Positions 30,165 to 39,567 of a DNA stretch of 64,000 bases are shown in pieces. The notes beneath the pieces were generated by a model, which ran no database searches, was not told the DNA's origin, and saw only the letters and a program-made list of their open reading frames with translations. How positions within the stretch are numbered: position 1 is the stretch's first letter; the number at the start of each line of letters is the position of its first letter. The position numbers and the translations under genes are program-made. Source of the DNA: an uncultured Pelagibacteraceae bacterium (GTDB lineage: Bacteria > Pseudomonadota > Alphaproteobacteria > Pelagibacterales > Pelagibacteraceae); contig CABZSS010000004.1 in NCBI GenBank assembly GCA_902528375.1, positions 8,326-72,325 on the forward strand, in the 5' to 3' direction.

Positions 30165-30515
30165 ATGAGCTTCACATCAAAGACTGATGATGAAATAATT
30201 AAATTAGCAAACCCTATATGGTCGAATTTAATTAGGTCTTCAAATATGAAGGATTATGGTGGTTTCACTAAAGACTTCTCTTCCCAAATGCTTTATGGCG
30301 CTAATGAAGTTGAGCTAGGTAAACAGTGGGCCAGCAACAAACTTATCTCAAGCCTAACAGAAAATTTTAAGGCATTTGGCTGTCTTAGGAGGGGAATGCA
30401 TGTTACTGTATTATATAAACAGACTAGCACCACGGAAGAGGGTGAGTTTTTAGGAAGGCTAGTTCTAGGGGAAGAGGGCGATGCAGTTAAAGTTTTTGGA
30501 GCAACTATTTTTTAA
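30165..30515 (+). CDS. Hypothetical protein directly downstream of aprA
   Basis: 116-aa ORF with AGGA upstream, 16 nt after the aprA stop. Confidence 0.7.
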   Translation: MSFTSKTDDEIIKLANPIWSNLIRSSNMKDYGGFTKDFSSQMLYGANEVELGKQWASNKLISSLTENFKAFGCLRRGMHVTVLYKQTSTTEEGEFLGRLVLGEEGDAVKVFGATIF

Positions 30516-30556
30516 AAATACTTGCAAAGATCCTTATTAAGGTGTACTTGATAAGT

Positions 30557-30706
30557 ATGCTTGAATATTTTCAAAAACACACAAACTCTTTCAAGCACAT
30601 ATTAAACTTAAAAACTTTATCAAATATAAATACTAAAATCGCTCTGTATATAGGTTTAGCAGCATACTGGGTAGTAATGTTATCTAGTACTTTTTTTGGA
30701 TTTTAA
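30557..30706 (+). CDS. Small protein with C-terminal TM helix (49 aa), not in ORF track
   Basis: MLEYFQKHTNSFKHILNLKTLSNINTKIALYIGLAAYWVVMLSSTFFGF; fills an otherwise long intergenic gap. Confidence 0.5.
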   Translation: MLEYFQKHTNSFKHILNLKTLSNINTKIALYIGLAAYWVVMLSSTFFGF

Positions 30707-30752
30707 ATATCGAACAGTTGACTTTAATAATTTTGAGGAATAATTAATCCCA

Positions 30753-31850
30753 ATGGAGTTCTTTCTTCCTATTGCAGAAGTAAATGTAAGCTTACCTTTT
30801 ATCTTTTTCTTAAGTTTGGTTGTGGGGATTTTATCAGGATTATTCGGTGTCGGTGGTGGTTTTTTAATGACACCTTTTTTAATTTTTTTAGGAATACCCC
30901 CGGCTTATGCAGTTCCGAATGAGGCAAATAATATTCTTGGCACATCCATATCAGGTTCTACCACGCATTATTTAAAAGGTACTCTTGATTATAAAATGGG
31001 CTTAATGATTGTGGTTGGTGGCGCAGCTGGGACTATTTTAGGTATTTTAACTTTTACTTATTTTAAAGATATTGGAAAAATTAATATCGTGATTTCTTTG
31101 GCATATATGTACATTCTTGCAATTATCGGAACTATGATGCTCGTTCAAGGAGTTACAGAAATTGATAGAGCTAGGAAAAAAATTGTTATTAAAAAAAAAT
31201 TACACGACCATAACTGGCTACAAGGTTTACCATTCAGAATGAGGTTTAAAAAATCTAAACTTTATGAAAGTGCATTTACACCAATAATTATGGGATTTAT
31301 TGTAGGCTATATAGCAGCAATACTAGGAGTAGGTGGTGCTTTTATACTTGTACCAGCAATGATCTACATAATTGGAATGCCCACAAAGTTAATCCCAGGA
31401 ACTTCTCTATTTGTTACAATATTCATTAGCGCAATTGTCACCATTCTTCATGCATTCAATTATGGAACAATTGACTTAATATTAGTCACTGTTTTAATTC
31501 TAGGTTCAATAGTTGGAGTTCAGGTAGGTCAAAAAATTGGGGAAAAGGTTGATAGTTCTCAGTTTAAAACAATTTTAGCCCTTCTCCTTTTATTAGTTGG
31601 TATTGCAATAGCTTACGATACCTTCTTTGTAGAAGAGTTAGCTAAGGGAGAGTTAAATGCTAAACCAGAAAATTTAGGACCTGTATCTCAATTCGTTAGA
31701 GATCTTTCAAAAAATGTTCCAATTTTATATGGACTATTTTCAATTGTTTTTGCTCTTGTGCTAGGGGTTGGTGCGGCAATTTTGAGAAAATTTTTATCAA
31801 AACTTAAAGATAAATACGTACACACTGCTCCATCATCTTCACAAAAATAG
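30753..31850 (+). CDS. Sulfite exporter TauE/SafE (TSUP) family
   Basis: SGLFGVGGGFLMTP and AAILGVGGAFILVP internal repeat motifs. Confidence 0.88.
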   Translation: MEFFLPIAEVNVSLPFIFFLSLVVGILSGLFGVGGGFLMTPFLIFLGIPPAYAVPNEANNILGTSISGSTTHYLKGTLDYKMGLMIVVGGAAGTILGILTFTYFKDIGKINIVISLAYMYILAIIGTMMLVQGVTEIDRARKKIVIKKKLHDHNWLQGLPFRMRFKKSKLYESAFTPIIMGFIVGYIAAILGVGGAFILVPAMIYIIGMPTKLIPGTSLFVTIFISAIVTILHAFNYGTIDLILVTVLILGSIVGVQVGQKIGEKVDSSQFKTILALLLLLVGIAIAYDTFFVEELAKGELNAKPENLGPVSQFVRDLSKNVPILYGLFSIVFALVLGVGAAILRKFLSKLKDKYVHTAPSSSQK

Positions 31851-31884
31851 TTTTATTATTTAAAAATTCAAATATAAATGTTGT

Positions 31885-32253
31885 ATGAAAAAAATAATCT
31901 TTTTACTCGTAGTCTTGTTTCCACTAAATTTGTTTGCTGGTGAAAAAGTAACCACGTTCGATGCTAAAATTTTTAATCAAGCACAATCTGATGGAAAAAC
32001 TGTAGTTGTAAGCTCTTGGATAAAATACTGCACATCCTGCGCAAGCCAAATGAAGGCATTAAATAATGTAGAAAAAGATTTTGAAAATTTAATCTATTTA
32101 AATTTCGATGTTAGAGATAAAGAAATTGCAAAACAATTAAATATTCAATTTCAGACTACTCTAGTGATCTATAAAAATAATGAAGAAGTTTATCGAAGTT
32201 TGGGCGAGCTAAGTAAAGAAAAAATTTATAAAGCTATTAATTCAGTAATTTAA
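31885..32253 (+). CDS. Exported thioredoxin-like protein
   Basis: Signal peptide; CTSC motif in a thioredoxin fold. Confidence 0.75.
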   Translation: MKKIIFLLVVLFPLNLFAGEKVTTFDAKIFNQAQSDGKTVVVSSWIKYCTSCASQMKALNNVEKDFENLIYLNFDVRDKEIAKQLNIQFQTTLVIYKNNEEVYRSLGELSKEKIYKAINSVI

Positions 32254-33420
32254 TTAAGCGCTTCTATACAACTTAGTCATTACAAACTCCTTGTGACCAA
32301 GTGCCTCAGCGCATGTTAATCTTCCGTTTGCAACTTTTATAGTAGATTTGATTAATTCGTCTCCGGCTTGATCTAAATTCATTTCTCTCGATAATATTTT
32401 TGAAACATCAAGATCAATATGCTCACTCATTGTTTTGGCTGTAAGAGGATTTGCTGTGAGTTTTATTACAGGTTCTATTGGATTACCAATTATATTACCT
32501 TGACCAGTTGGAAATAAATGAATGTTAAACCCACCAGCAGCCTGAAGCGTAACACATTCAGCTGCAGCAGATGATGTATCCATAAAATATAACCCTTTAC
32601 CTTTACTTGGTTCCTCAGCTGGTTCTAATACATCTATGAATTGCCTAGAGCCAATTTTTTGAAAATTACCAAAAGCTTTTTCTTCAATTGTTGTTAACCC
32701 ACCAGCAATGTTTCCAGCTGTAGGTTGACTTTCTGACAAATCGTTAGTTGCTTCCTTTAATATAAAGTCATTGTATGAATTCCAAGTTTTCATAAATTTA
32801 TCTTGAGCCTCTTTCGTTTTACCTCTTTTTGAACATACGGTTTCAGCTCCAGTAAGTTCTGAAGTTTCTCCAAAACACAAGTGAACACCTAATGGTTCAA
32901 GTTTATCCATTAAATTTCCAACAGTTGGATTAGATGCCAGACCTGAAGTGGTGTCGGATTCTCCGCATTTTACAGATATCCATAGATCACTAATAGGACA
33001 TTCTTCTCTTTGTTTTTCAGAAGCCCACATTGAAAACTCTTGAGCTTTTTTTGAAACTTTTGCAATTGTATCTATATCTCCAACACCTTCGATACTAAAA
33101 CCTTCAACAGGTTTTCCAGTTTTTGCTATTGCATCAACAATTCTTTTTGTCCATTTAGGTTCAATTCCAATTACAATCACAGCTGCTACATTTGGATTTC
33201 TTCCTGTTCCAATCATTGTTCTAAAATGGAGCTCTAAGTCTGCACCAAATTGCAATCTGCCATATGAATGTGGAAGCGCAATTGTTCCTTTTATATTATT
33301 AGCTACCGCTTCAGCACATGCATTTGAAATATCGTCAACTGGAAGAATAATTACATGATTTCTTGTTCCTGCTCTACCGTTTTCTCTTTTAAAACCTAAA
33401 AAACTTTTTGGAATTTGCAT
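32254..33420 (-). CDS. suyB: (2R)-sulfolactate sulfo-lyase beta subunit (UxaA family)
   Basis: [39 protein letters not shown]; paired with suyA next to xsc. Confidence 0.88.
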   Translation of the reverse strand: MQIPKSFLGFKRENGRAGTRNHVIILPVDDISNACAEAVANNIKGTIALPHSYGRLQFGADLELHFRTMIGTGRNPNVAAVIVIGIEPKWTKRIVDAIAKTGKPVEGFSIEGVGDIDTIAKVSKKAQEFSMWASEKQREECPISDLWISVKCGESDTTSGLASNPTVGNLMDKLEPLGVHLCFGETSELTGAETVCSKRGKTKEAQDKFMKTWNSYNDFILKEATNDLSESQPTAGNIAGGLTTIEEKAFGNFQKIGSRQFIDVLEPAEEPSKGKGLYFMDTSSAAAECVTLQAAGGFNIHLFPTGQGNIIGNPIEPVIKLTANPLTAKTMSEHIDLDVSKILSREMNLDQAGDELIKSTIKVANGRLTCAEALGHKEFVMTKLYRSA

Positions 33421-33421
33421 A

Positions 33422-33709
33422 TTACCACTTTTTTGTTTTTACATTATGGACATGGACGTGGTCACCTTTTTTAATAGATTTGACCACTTTTCCTATGTCA
33501 TGACCATATTTTATTATGGTGTCACCCTCTTTTAGATCCTGTAAAGCTATCTTATGACCAAGAGGTATTTCTGACTCGGATTTAACTTTTGAGGATGTAT
33601 CGTCTTCCATTATCCAACAACCACAATCTTGGCCTTTTGTCACTTTTTCTATAACAATTACGCCAACATTATCTTTTTTATCATGTATAATTATATCTGT
33701 TTTTGCCAT
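33422..33709 (-). CDS. suyA: (2R)-sulfolactate sulfo-lyase alpha subunit (SAF domain)
   Basis: [37 protein letters not shown]. Confidence 0.88.
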   Translation of the reverse strand: MAKTDIIIHDKKDNVGVIVIEKVTKGQDCGCWIMEDDTSSKVKSESEIPLGHKIALQDLKEGDTIIKYGHDIGKVVKSIKKGDHVHVHNVKTKKW

Positions 33710-33789
33710 TGTGACGATTTCTTAGTAGAAACTTTTAAAGAATTTATATATTAATCTTTCGATTGCAAATAAAATTATAGTGAATTTTT

Positions 33790-35571
33790 ATGACTAAAAT
33801 GACTACAGAGGAAGCTTTTATCAAAGTTCTTCAAATGCATGGAGTTGAACACGCATTTGGAATAATCGGATCAGCCTTTATGCCTATTTCAGATTTATTT
33901 CCTAAAGCTGGTATAACTTTTTGGGATGTAGCCCATGAAACTAATGGAGGATTAATCGCAGACGGCTACACTCGGGCAACTGGGAAAATGTCGATGGTAA
34001 TTGCTCAAAATGGTCCAGGCATAACAGGTCTAGTAACACCTATCAAAACAGCTTATTGGAACCACACACCTTTATTAGTTGTAACACCACAAGCAGCAAA
34101 CAAAACAATGGGTCAAGGTGGTTTTCAAGAAGTAGAACAAATGAACTTATTTAAAGACATGGTTTGTTACCAAGAAGAGGTAAGAGATCCCTCTAGAATG
34201 GCTGAAGTATTAAACAGAGTAATTGAAAAAGCTATTAGAGGATCTGCACCAGCGCAAATAAATGTACCAAGAGATTATTGGACACAAGTTATTGATATAG
34301 AACTTCCCCCTATTGTAAGATTTGAAAGACAAGGTGGAGGGAAAGATGCAATTGAAAAAGCTTCAAGTTTATTATCAAAAGCAAAGTTTCCAGTAATTTT
34401 ATCAGGTGCAGGAGTAGTTATTGGTGGAGCAATAGAAGAATGTAAAAAATTAGCTGAAAAATTAGACGCACCAGTTTGTAATGGGTACCAACATAATGAT
34501 AGTTTTCCTGGAAGTCACCCACTTGCTGTAGGACCTTTAGGTTATAATGGTTCAAAAGCTGCAATGGAACTTATTTCAAAAGCTGATGTTGTTCTTGCGT
34601 TAGGAACGAGATTAAATCCTTTTTCAACCTTACCCGGTTATGGAATAGATTATTGGCCAAAAAATGCAACAATAATTCAAGTTGATATGAATCCAGATAG
34701 AATAGGCTTAACAAAAAAAGTATCAGTTGGAATATGCGGGGATGCAAAGCAAGTTGCGCAACAAATTTTAGATAAACTTTCATCTGATGCTGGTAATTCA
34801 GGTCGAGATGAGAGAAAAAATTTAATTCACAAAACTAAATCTGCTTGGTTACAAACACTAGCTGGACTTGATCATGAGGAAGATGATCCAGGTACGGTCT
34901 GGAATAAAGAGGCAAGAGAAAGAGATAAAGATAGAATGTCTCCAAGACAAGCTTGGAGAGCAATACAGGATGCTCTGCCTAAAGAAGCAATAATTTCGAG
35001 TGACATTGGAAACAATTGTGCAATAGGAAATGCTTATCCAACTTTTGAAAAAGGACGTAAATATTTAGCTCCAGGTTTATTTGGACCTTGTGGTTACGGA
35101 TTTCCGGCAATCTTGGGCGCAAAAATTGGATGTCCTGACACGCCTGTAATTGGCTTTGCCGGAGACGGTGCATTTGGAATAAGTATGAATGAAATGAGTT
35201 CATGCGCCAGGGAAGAGTGGCCAGCTATTACAATGGTTATATTTAGAAATTATCAATGGGGTGCTGAAAAAAGAAATTCTATATTATGGTTTGATGATAA
35301 TTTTATTGGAACAGAGCTTGATCCAGAATTAAGTTACGCAAAAGTTGCGAATGCATGTGGTTTAAAAGGTGTAACATGCAAAACTATGGAAGAAACAACA
35401 AAGGCAATTAAACAATCTTGTGAAGACCAAAAAAAAGGAATTACTACTTTTATAGAGATTATTTTAAACCAAGAGTTGGGTGAGCCATTCAGAAGAGACG
35501 CAATGAAAAAACCAGTCGAGGTTGCTGGTATACAAAAAAAAGATATGAAACCTCAAAAATCATTAATTTAA
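33790..35571 (+). CDS. xsc: Sulfoacetaldehyde acetyltransferase (ThDP)
   Basis: KMTTEEAFIKVL..HG..HAFGIIGSAFM, AQNGPG, GDGAFG, QWGAEKRN, ELGEPFRRDAMKKPV. Confidence 0.95.
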   Translation: MTKMTTEEAFIKVLQMHGVEHAFGIIGSAFMPISDLFPKAGITFWDVAHETNGGLIADGYTRATGKMSMVIAQNGPGITGLVTPIKTAYWNHTPLLVVTPQAANKTMGQGGFQEVEQMNLFKDMVCYQEEVRDPSRMAEVLNRVIEKAIRGSAPAQINVPRDYWTQVIDIELPPIVRFERQGGGKDAIEKASSLLSKAKFPVILSGAGVVIGGAIEECKKLAEKLDAPVCNGYQHNDSFPGSHPLAVGPLGYNGSKAAMELISKADVVLALGTRLNPFSTLPGYGIDYWPKNATIIQVDMNPDRIGLTKKVSVGICGDAKQVAQQILDKLSSDAGNSGRDERKNLIHKTKSAWLQTLAGLDHEEDDPGTVWNKEARERDKDRMSPRQAWRAIQDALPKEAIISSDIGNNCAIGNAYPTFEKGRKYLAPGLFGPCGYGFPAILGAKIGCPDTPVIGFAGDGAFGISMNEMSSCAREEWPAITMVIFRNYQWGAEKRNSILWFDDNFIGTELDPELSYAKVANACGLKGVTCKTMEETTKAIKQSCEDQKKGITTFIEIILNQELGEPFRRDAMKKPVEVAGIQKKDMKPQKSLI

Positions 35572-35572
35572 T

Positions 35573-35962
35573 TTGAAAAACAAAGAAATAAAAATAAGTT
35601 CAAACAAAAGTTTTGGAGTAGTTTTTTTTATAGTCTTTTTATTAATCGCAATTTACCCTTTAATAAGTAATGAGGAAATCAGGATATGGTCCTTTATAAT
35701 TTCTATAATTTTTTTGATTTTAGGATTGATAAATTCTAAAGTTTTAACACCTTTAAACAAGCTATGGTTTAAATTTGGATTATTATTGGGAAGAATAGCA
35801 TCACCTCTAATAATGGGTATAATATTCTTTTTGGTAGTAACTCCTACAGCTTTTATAATGAGAATAATTGGTAAAGATTTGTTAAATTTAAAATTTAATA
35901 ATAGAAAATCTTATTGGATTGAAAAAAATGATCCTAAGAGTAAAATGAAAAATCAATTTTAA
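35573..35962 (+). CDS. SxtJ-family membrane protein
   Basis: SNKSFG, PLNKLWFKFGLLLG, FFLVVTP, GKDLL...SYWI. Confidence 0.85.
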   Translation: MKNKEIKISSNKSFGVVFFIVFLLIAIYPLISNEEIRIWSFIISIIFLILGLINSKVLTPLNKLWFKFGLLLGRIASPLIMGIIFFLVVTPTAFIMRIIGKDLLNLKFNNRKSYWIEKNDPKSKMKNQF

Positions 35963-35963
35963 T

Positions 35964-36113
35964 ATGAGTTTCATAAAAGAATTTTGGGAATTTTTGAAGG
36001 TAAGAAAAAAATACTGGCTTTTACCAATCATACTAGTGCTTGTTTTATTTGGAGGATTAATTGTATTAACCCAAGGCTCAGCTGTAGCACCGTTTATATA
36101 CACAATTTTTTAA
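35964..36113 (+). CDS. SxtK/DUF5989 small membrane protein (49 aa), not in ORF track
   Basis: MSFIKEFWEFLKVRKKYWLLPIILVLVLFGGLIVLTQGSAVAPFIYTIF; RKKxWLxP and APFIYTxF signature. Confidence 0.9.
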   Translation: MSFIKEFWEFLKVRKKYWLLPIILVLVLFGGLIVLTQGSAVAPFIYTIF

Positions 36114-36114
36114 A

Positions 36115-37950
36115 GTGAAATCTATTTTAGGTATTTCTGCGTTTTATCATGATAGTGCCGCATGTCTTTTAAAGGATGGAAAAATTGTTGCTGCGGCTCA
36201 AGAGGAAAGGTTTACGAGAAAAAAACATGACCCAAGCTATCCACATCATGCAGTGGAGTTTGTATTAAAATATGGAAACATTAAGTTAAGTGAATTAGAT
36301 CAAATTGTTTTTTTTGAAAAACCGTTTTTAAAGTTTGAGAGATTATTGGAAACCTATGTTGCTTTTGCACCACGTGGCTTCATCTCTTTTGCAAAAGCAA
36401 TGCCAGTGTGGATTAAGGAAAAACTTTTTCAAAAAAATCTTTTATTTAATAAACTTAAAGCACATGACAAAGATTTTAAATCTGATCAAAACATTTTTTT
36501 TTCTGACCATCATTTAAGTCATGCAGCAAGTGCTTTTTTTCCGTCTCCTTTTACCGAATCAATTATATTAACAGCAGATGGTGTTGGAGAATGGGCTACA
36601 ACTACCGTGGCTGTAGGAAAAGATAACGAGGTAGAGATTAAAAAAGAAATTCATTTTCCTCACTCATTAGGACTACTTTATTCTGCTTTTACTTATTTTA
36701 CTGGATTTAAAGTTAATAGTGGAGAATATAAATTAATGGGTCTAGCACCATATGGAAGTCCAATTTACGAAGATAAGATTAAAAAATTGATTGATATTAA
36801 AGAAGATGGCACTTTTAGATTGGATCAAAAGTATTTTAATTATGCAACTGGACTTACAATGACCAATGATAAATTTAATGATTTATTTGGTCAAAAACCA
36901 CGAGATCCTCAAAACGAAAAAATTACTCAATTCCATATGGATATAGCTGCTTCCATTCAAAAAGTAACTGAAGAGATAATGGTAAAGTTAGCTAAATCTA
37001 TTCGTAAAGAGTATGGTATTAAGAATTTGTGTTTAGCTGGAGGTGTAGCATTAAATTGTGTAGCTAATGGTAAAATTCTCAATGAAAAAATTTTTGATAA
37101 TATTTGGATACAGCCTGCAGCAGGTGATGCTGGTGGATCGTTAGGTGCTGCTCTTGCTCTTTGGCATATTGAGCAAAAAAATAAAAGAGTAGTAAATTCA
37201 AATGACGATATGAAAGGATCTTACTTAGGGACTGAATTTTCACAAGAAGAGATTGAAAATGAACTTAAGTCAATTGGTGCTAAATTCGAAACACTTAATT
37301 ATGAAGATCTGATAAATAAAACTGTAGAATGCTTATCAAATCAAAAAGTAGTAGGTTGGTTTCAAGGAAGGATGGAGTTTGGTCCGAGAGCATTAGGTGG
37401 CAGATCGATATTAGGTGATCCAAGATCTGACAAAATGCAAAAAAATTTAAATTTGAAAGTAAAATATAGAGAAAGTTTTAGACCCTTCGCTCCCTCAATT
37501 CTTAGAGAAGATTTATCCAAATGGTTTGATATAAATGTTGATAGTCCTTATATGTTGCTTGTAGCGAATATTAATCCAAATAAAAAAATTGAAATGACAG
37601 AAGAGCAAAAAAAGCTCTTTGGGATAGAGAGACTAAATATTAAAAGGTCTGTAGTTCCAGCTGTAACACATGTTGATTACTCAGCTAGAGTCCAAACAGT
37701 TACAAAAAAAGGCAACCAACGATTTTATGATTTAATCTCAAAGTTTAAAAACAAAACAGGTTGCCCAATTTTAATAAATACTTCATTCAATGTAAGAGGA
37801 GAACCTATCGTTAATTCTCCTACTGATGCGTTTAATTGTTTTATGGGAACTGAATTAGATTACTTAATAATAGGTGACTGTATTTTAGACAAGAATAAAC
37901 AAGAAAAAAATTTAAAAAAGGACTATAAATCAGATTTTGAACTAGATTAA
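36115..37950 (+). CDS. O-carbamoyltransferase (NodU/CmcH/SxtI family)
   Basis: ILGISAFYHDSAA, AAQEERFTRKKHD, HHLSHAASAF, DGVGE, GEYKLMGLAPYG, GRMEFGPRALG, NTSFNVRGEP. Confidence 0.95.
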   Translation: MKSILGISAFYHDSAACLLKDGKIVAAAQEERFTRKKHDPSYPHHAVEFVLKYGNIKLSELDQIVFFEKPFLKFERLLETYVAFAPRGFISFAKAMPVWIKEKLFQKNLLFNKLKAHDKDFKSDQNIFFSDHHLSHAASAFFPSPFTESIILTADGVGEWATTTVAVGKDNEVEIKKEIHFPHSLGLLYSAFTYFTGFKVNSGEYKLMGLAPYGSPIYEDKIKKLIDIKEDGTFRLDQKYFNYATGLTMTNDKFNDLFGQKPRDPQNEKITQFHMDIAASIQKVTEEIMVKLAKSIRKEYGIKNLCLAGGVALNCVANGKILNEKIFDNIWIQPAAGDAGGSLGAALALWHIEQKNKRVVNSNDDMKGSYLGTEFSQEEIENELKSIGAKFETLNYEDLINKTVECLSNQKVVGWFQGRMEFGPRALGGRSILGDPRSDKMQKNLNLKVKYRESFRPFAPSILREDLSKWFDINVDSPYMLLVANINPNKKIEMTEEQKKLFGIERLNIKRSVVPAVTHVDYSARVQTVTKKGNQRFYDLISKFKNKTGCPILINTSFNVRGEPIVNSPTDAFNCFMGTELDYLIIGDCILDKNKQEKNLKKDYKSDFELD

Positions 37951-37971
37951 TTATGAAAATCTAAAATTTAA

Positions 37972-39048
37972 ATGAAAAGTAATAAAATTTTAATCTTAAC
38001 ATCAACTATTTTAACATTATTTTTAATTGAAGTATTCTGTAGTTTTTTCTTATTTAAGAAAAGTGAATATAACTACAAAAATAGATATTTGGTTTATAGT
38101 GAAGGTAATGTATTTAGAAACATTGATAACTTTTTTACTTATGAACCAAATACTTCAATTACAGCATCAAATTATTATTTTATAAATGATAAATTTAAAA
38201 GAATATACAATTACATTATTAAAACAAACAACTTAGGCCTTGTTCAAGATAAAGATTTAATTAAAGAATCGCCCTCAATTCTTTTTCTGGGCGACTCTTT
38301 TACGGAGGGGCAAGGTGATGGAAGTTGGTTAAATTATTTTGATGGAGAATTTAAAAACCATCAAATTATAAATGGAGGCTTGCTTGGCACTGGATTTCAA
38401 CAATTTGAGTTAATGAATGGCTATTTATCAGATTACGATATTCAGAAAGTATTTGTACTTTATATTGGAGATGATCTAAGAAGGGACGTATTCCAATTTA
38501 ATGATCAACAATTAAAGTGTCTGAGAAATCATACTTTTTGTCAAGGATCAGAAATTTTTTTTAGTTTTCCAACAAAAAATAAAAATATCGATTTTTTTTT
38601 AAAAAAACTTAGGGATAATCAACGTAACACTATCGAGCCACAAAAAACAAATTTAAAAACTTTTAGGAGAAATATCAAATCATGGTTAACGAATTTATAT
38701 GTAATTAAAATACCATTAGATTTTTTACGTTCTAACTTTTACAATTCAAAAAATGAAAAAATTATTAGAAATTTTAATTCAATAAATAATTTGATTAATA
38801 AATATCAAGATAATATATACTTTATAAATTTAAAAATGAAAGGTGAAATAATAATGAGAAAAAAAAGCTATGAATCATTATATGCAAAAGATTATATTTT
38901 AAGAAAGACAAATAATTATTTTGAATGTGATTTCAATAATGATTTAGATTTATTTTACAATTATGATAGTCACCCCAATAAAAAAGGTTATAAATATTTA
39001 TACAATTGTGTTTTTAATATTTTAGAAAATCAGATTACATTGAATTAA
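37972..39048 (+). CDS. SGNH/GDSL hydrolase-like membrane-anchored protein
   Basis: N-terminal TM, block I FLGDSFTEG, block V DSHPN. Confidence 0.75.
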   Translation: MKSNKILILTSTILTLFLIEVFCSFFLFKKSEYNYKNRYLVYSEGNVFRNIDNFFTYEPNTSITASNYYFINDKFKRIYNYIIKTNNLGLVQDKDLIKESPSILFLGDSFTEGQGDGSWLNYFDGEFKNHQIINGGLLGTGFQQFELMNGYLSDYDIQKVFVLYIGDDLRRDVFQFNDQQLKCLRNHTFCQGSEIFFSFPTKNKNIDFFLKKLRDNQRNTIEPQKTNLKTFRRNIKSWLTNLYVIKIPLDFLRSNFYNSKNEKIIRNFNSINNLINKYQDNIYFINLKMKGEIIMRKKSYESLYAKDYILRKTNNYFECDFNNDLDLFYNYDSHPNKKGYKYLYNCVFNILENQITLN

Positions 39049-39105
39049 ATTTTATATTAAATTATTAACTAGAATTTTTTATTACAAAAATATATATTAA
39101 TTGAT

Positions 39106-39567
39106 ATGAACTTATTAAGAAGAAAATTATTTAAAGCAATTAGTTTTTACTCTTTTCTTTTATTTTTTCCAATTAAATCTCTTTATGCTTCATCAAAAAA
39201 AATAATTAATAAAAAATTATCTAAAGAACAAAAAGATATAATGTTTAATCAAGGAACAGAAAGGGCATTTACTAGTTCTTTATTAAATGAAAAGAGAAAA
39301 GGTACTTATCACTGTGCTAACTGTGGAGCCTTACTTTTTGACTCTGTTGCAAAGTATGATAGCGGAACAGGGTGGCCGTCTTTTACAGAAGCAGTTCCAG
39401 GAGCTTTTAATACAAAAGTAGATTATTCTTTTGGGATGAAAAGAATAGAATATCATTGTGCTACTTGTGGAGCGCATCACGGGCATGTATTTGCAGATGG
39501 TCCGGGAAATACTGGTAAACGTTTTTGTAACAATGGCCTTTGCTTAATCTTCAAACCATCTGAATAA
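39106..39567 (+). CDS. msrB: Peptide-methionine (R)-S-oxide reductase with Tat-like leader
   Basis: GTERAF, CANC, DSGTGWPSF, HHGHVFADGP, RFCNNG; N-terminal RRKLFK plus a hydrophobic stretch. Confidence 0.92.
   Translation: MNLLRRKLFKAISFYSFLLFFPIKSLYASSKKIINKKLSKEQKDIMFNQGTERAFTSSLLNEKRKGTYHCANCGALLFDSVAKYDSGTGWPSFTEAVPGAFNTKVDYSFGMKRIEYHCATCGAHHGHVFADGPGNTGKRFCNNGLCLIFKPSE

Noticed and set aside
35573-39048. Saxitoxin biosynthesis
   Set aside because: Only generic sxtI/J/K-like tailoring genes are present; no sxtA, sxtG or other core genes in the window.
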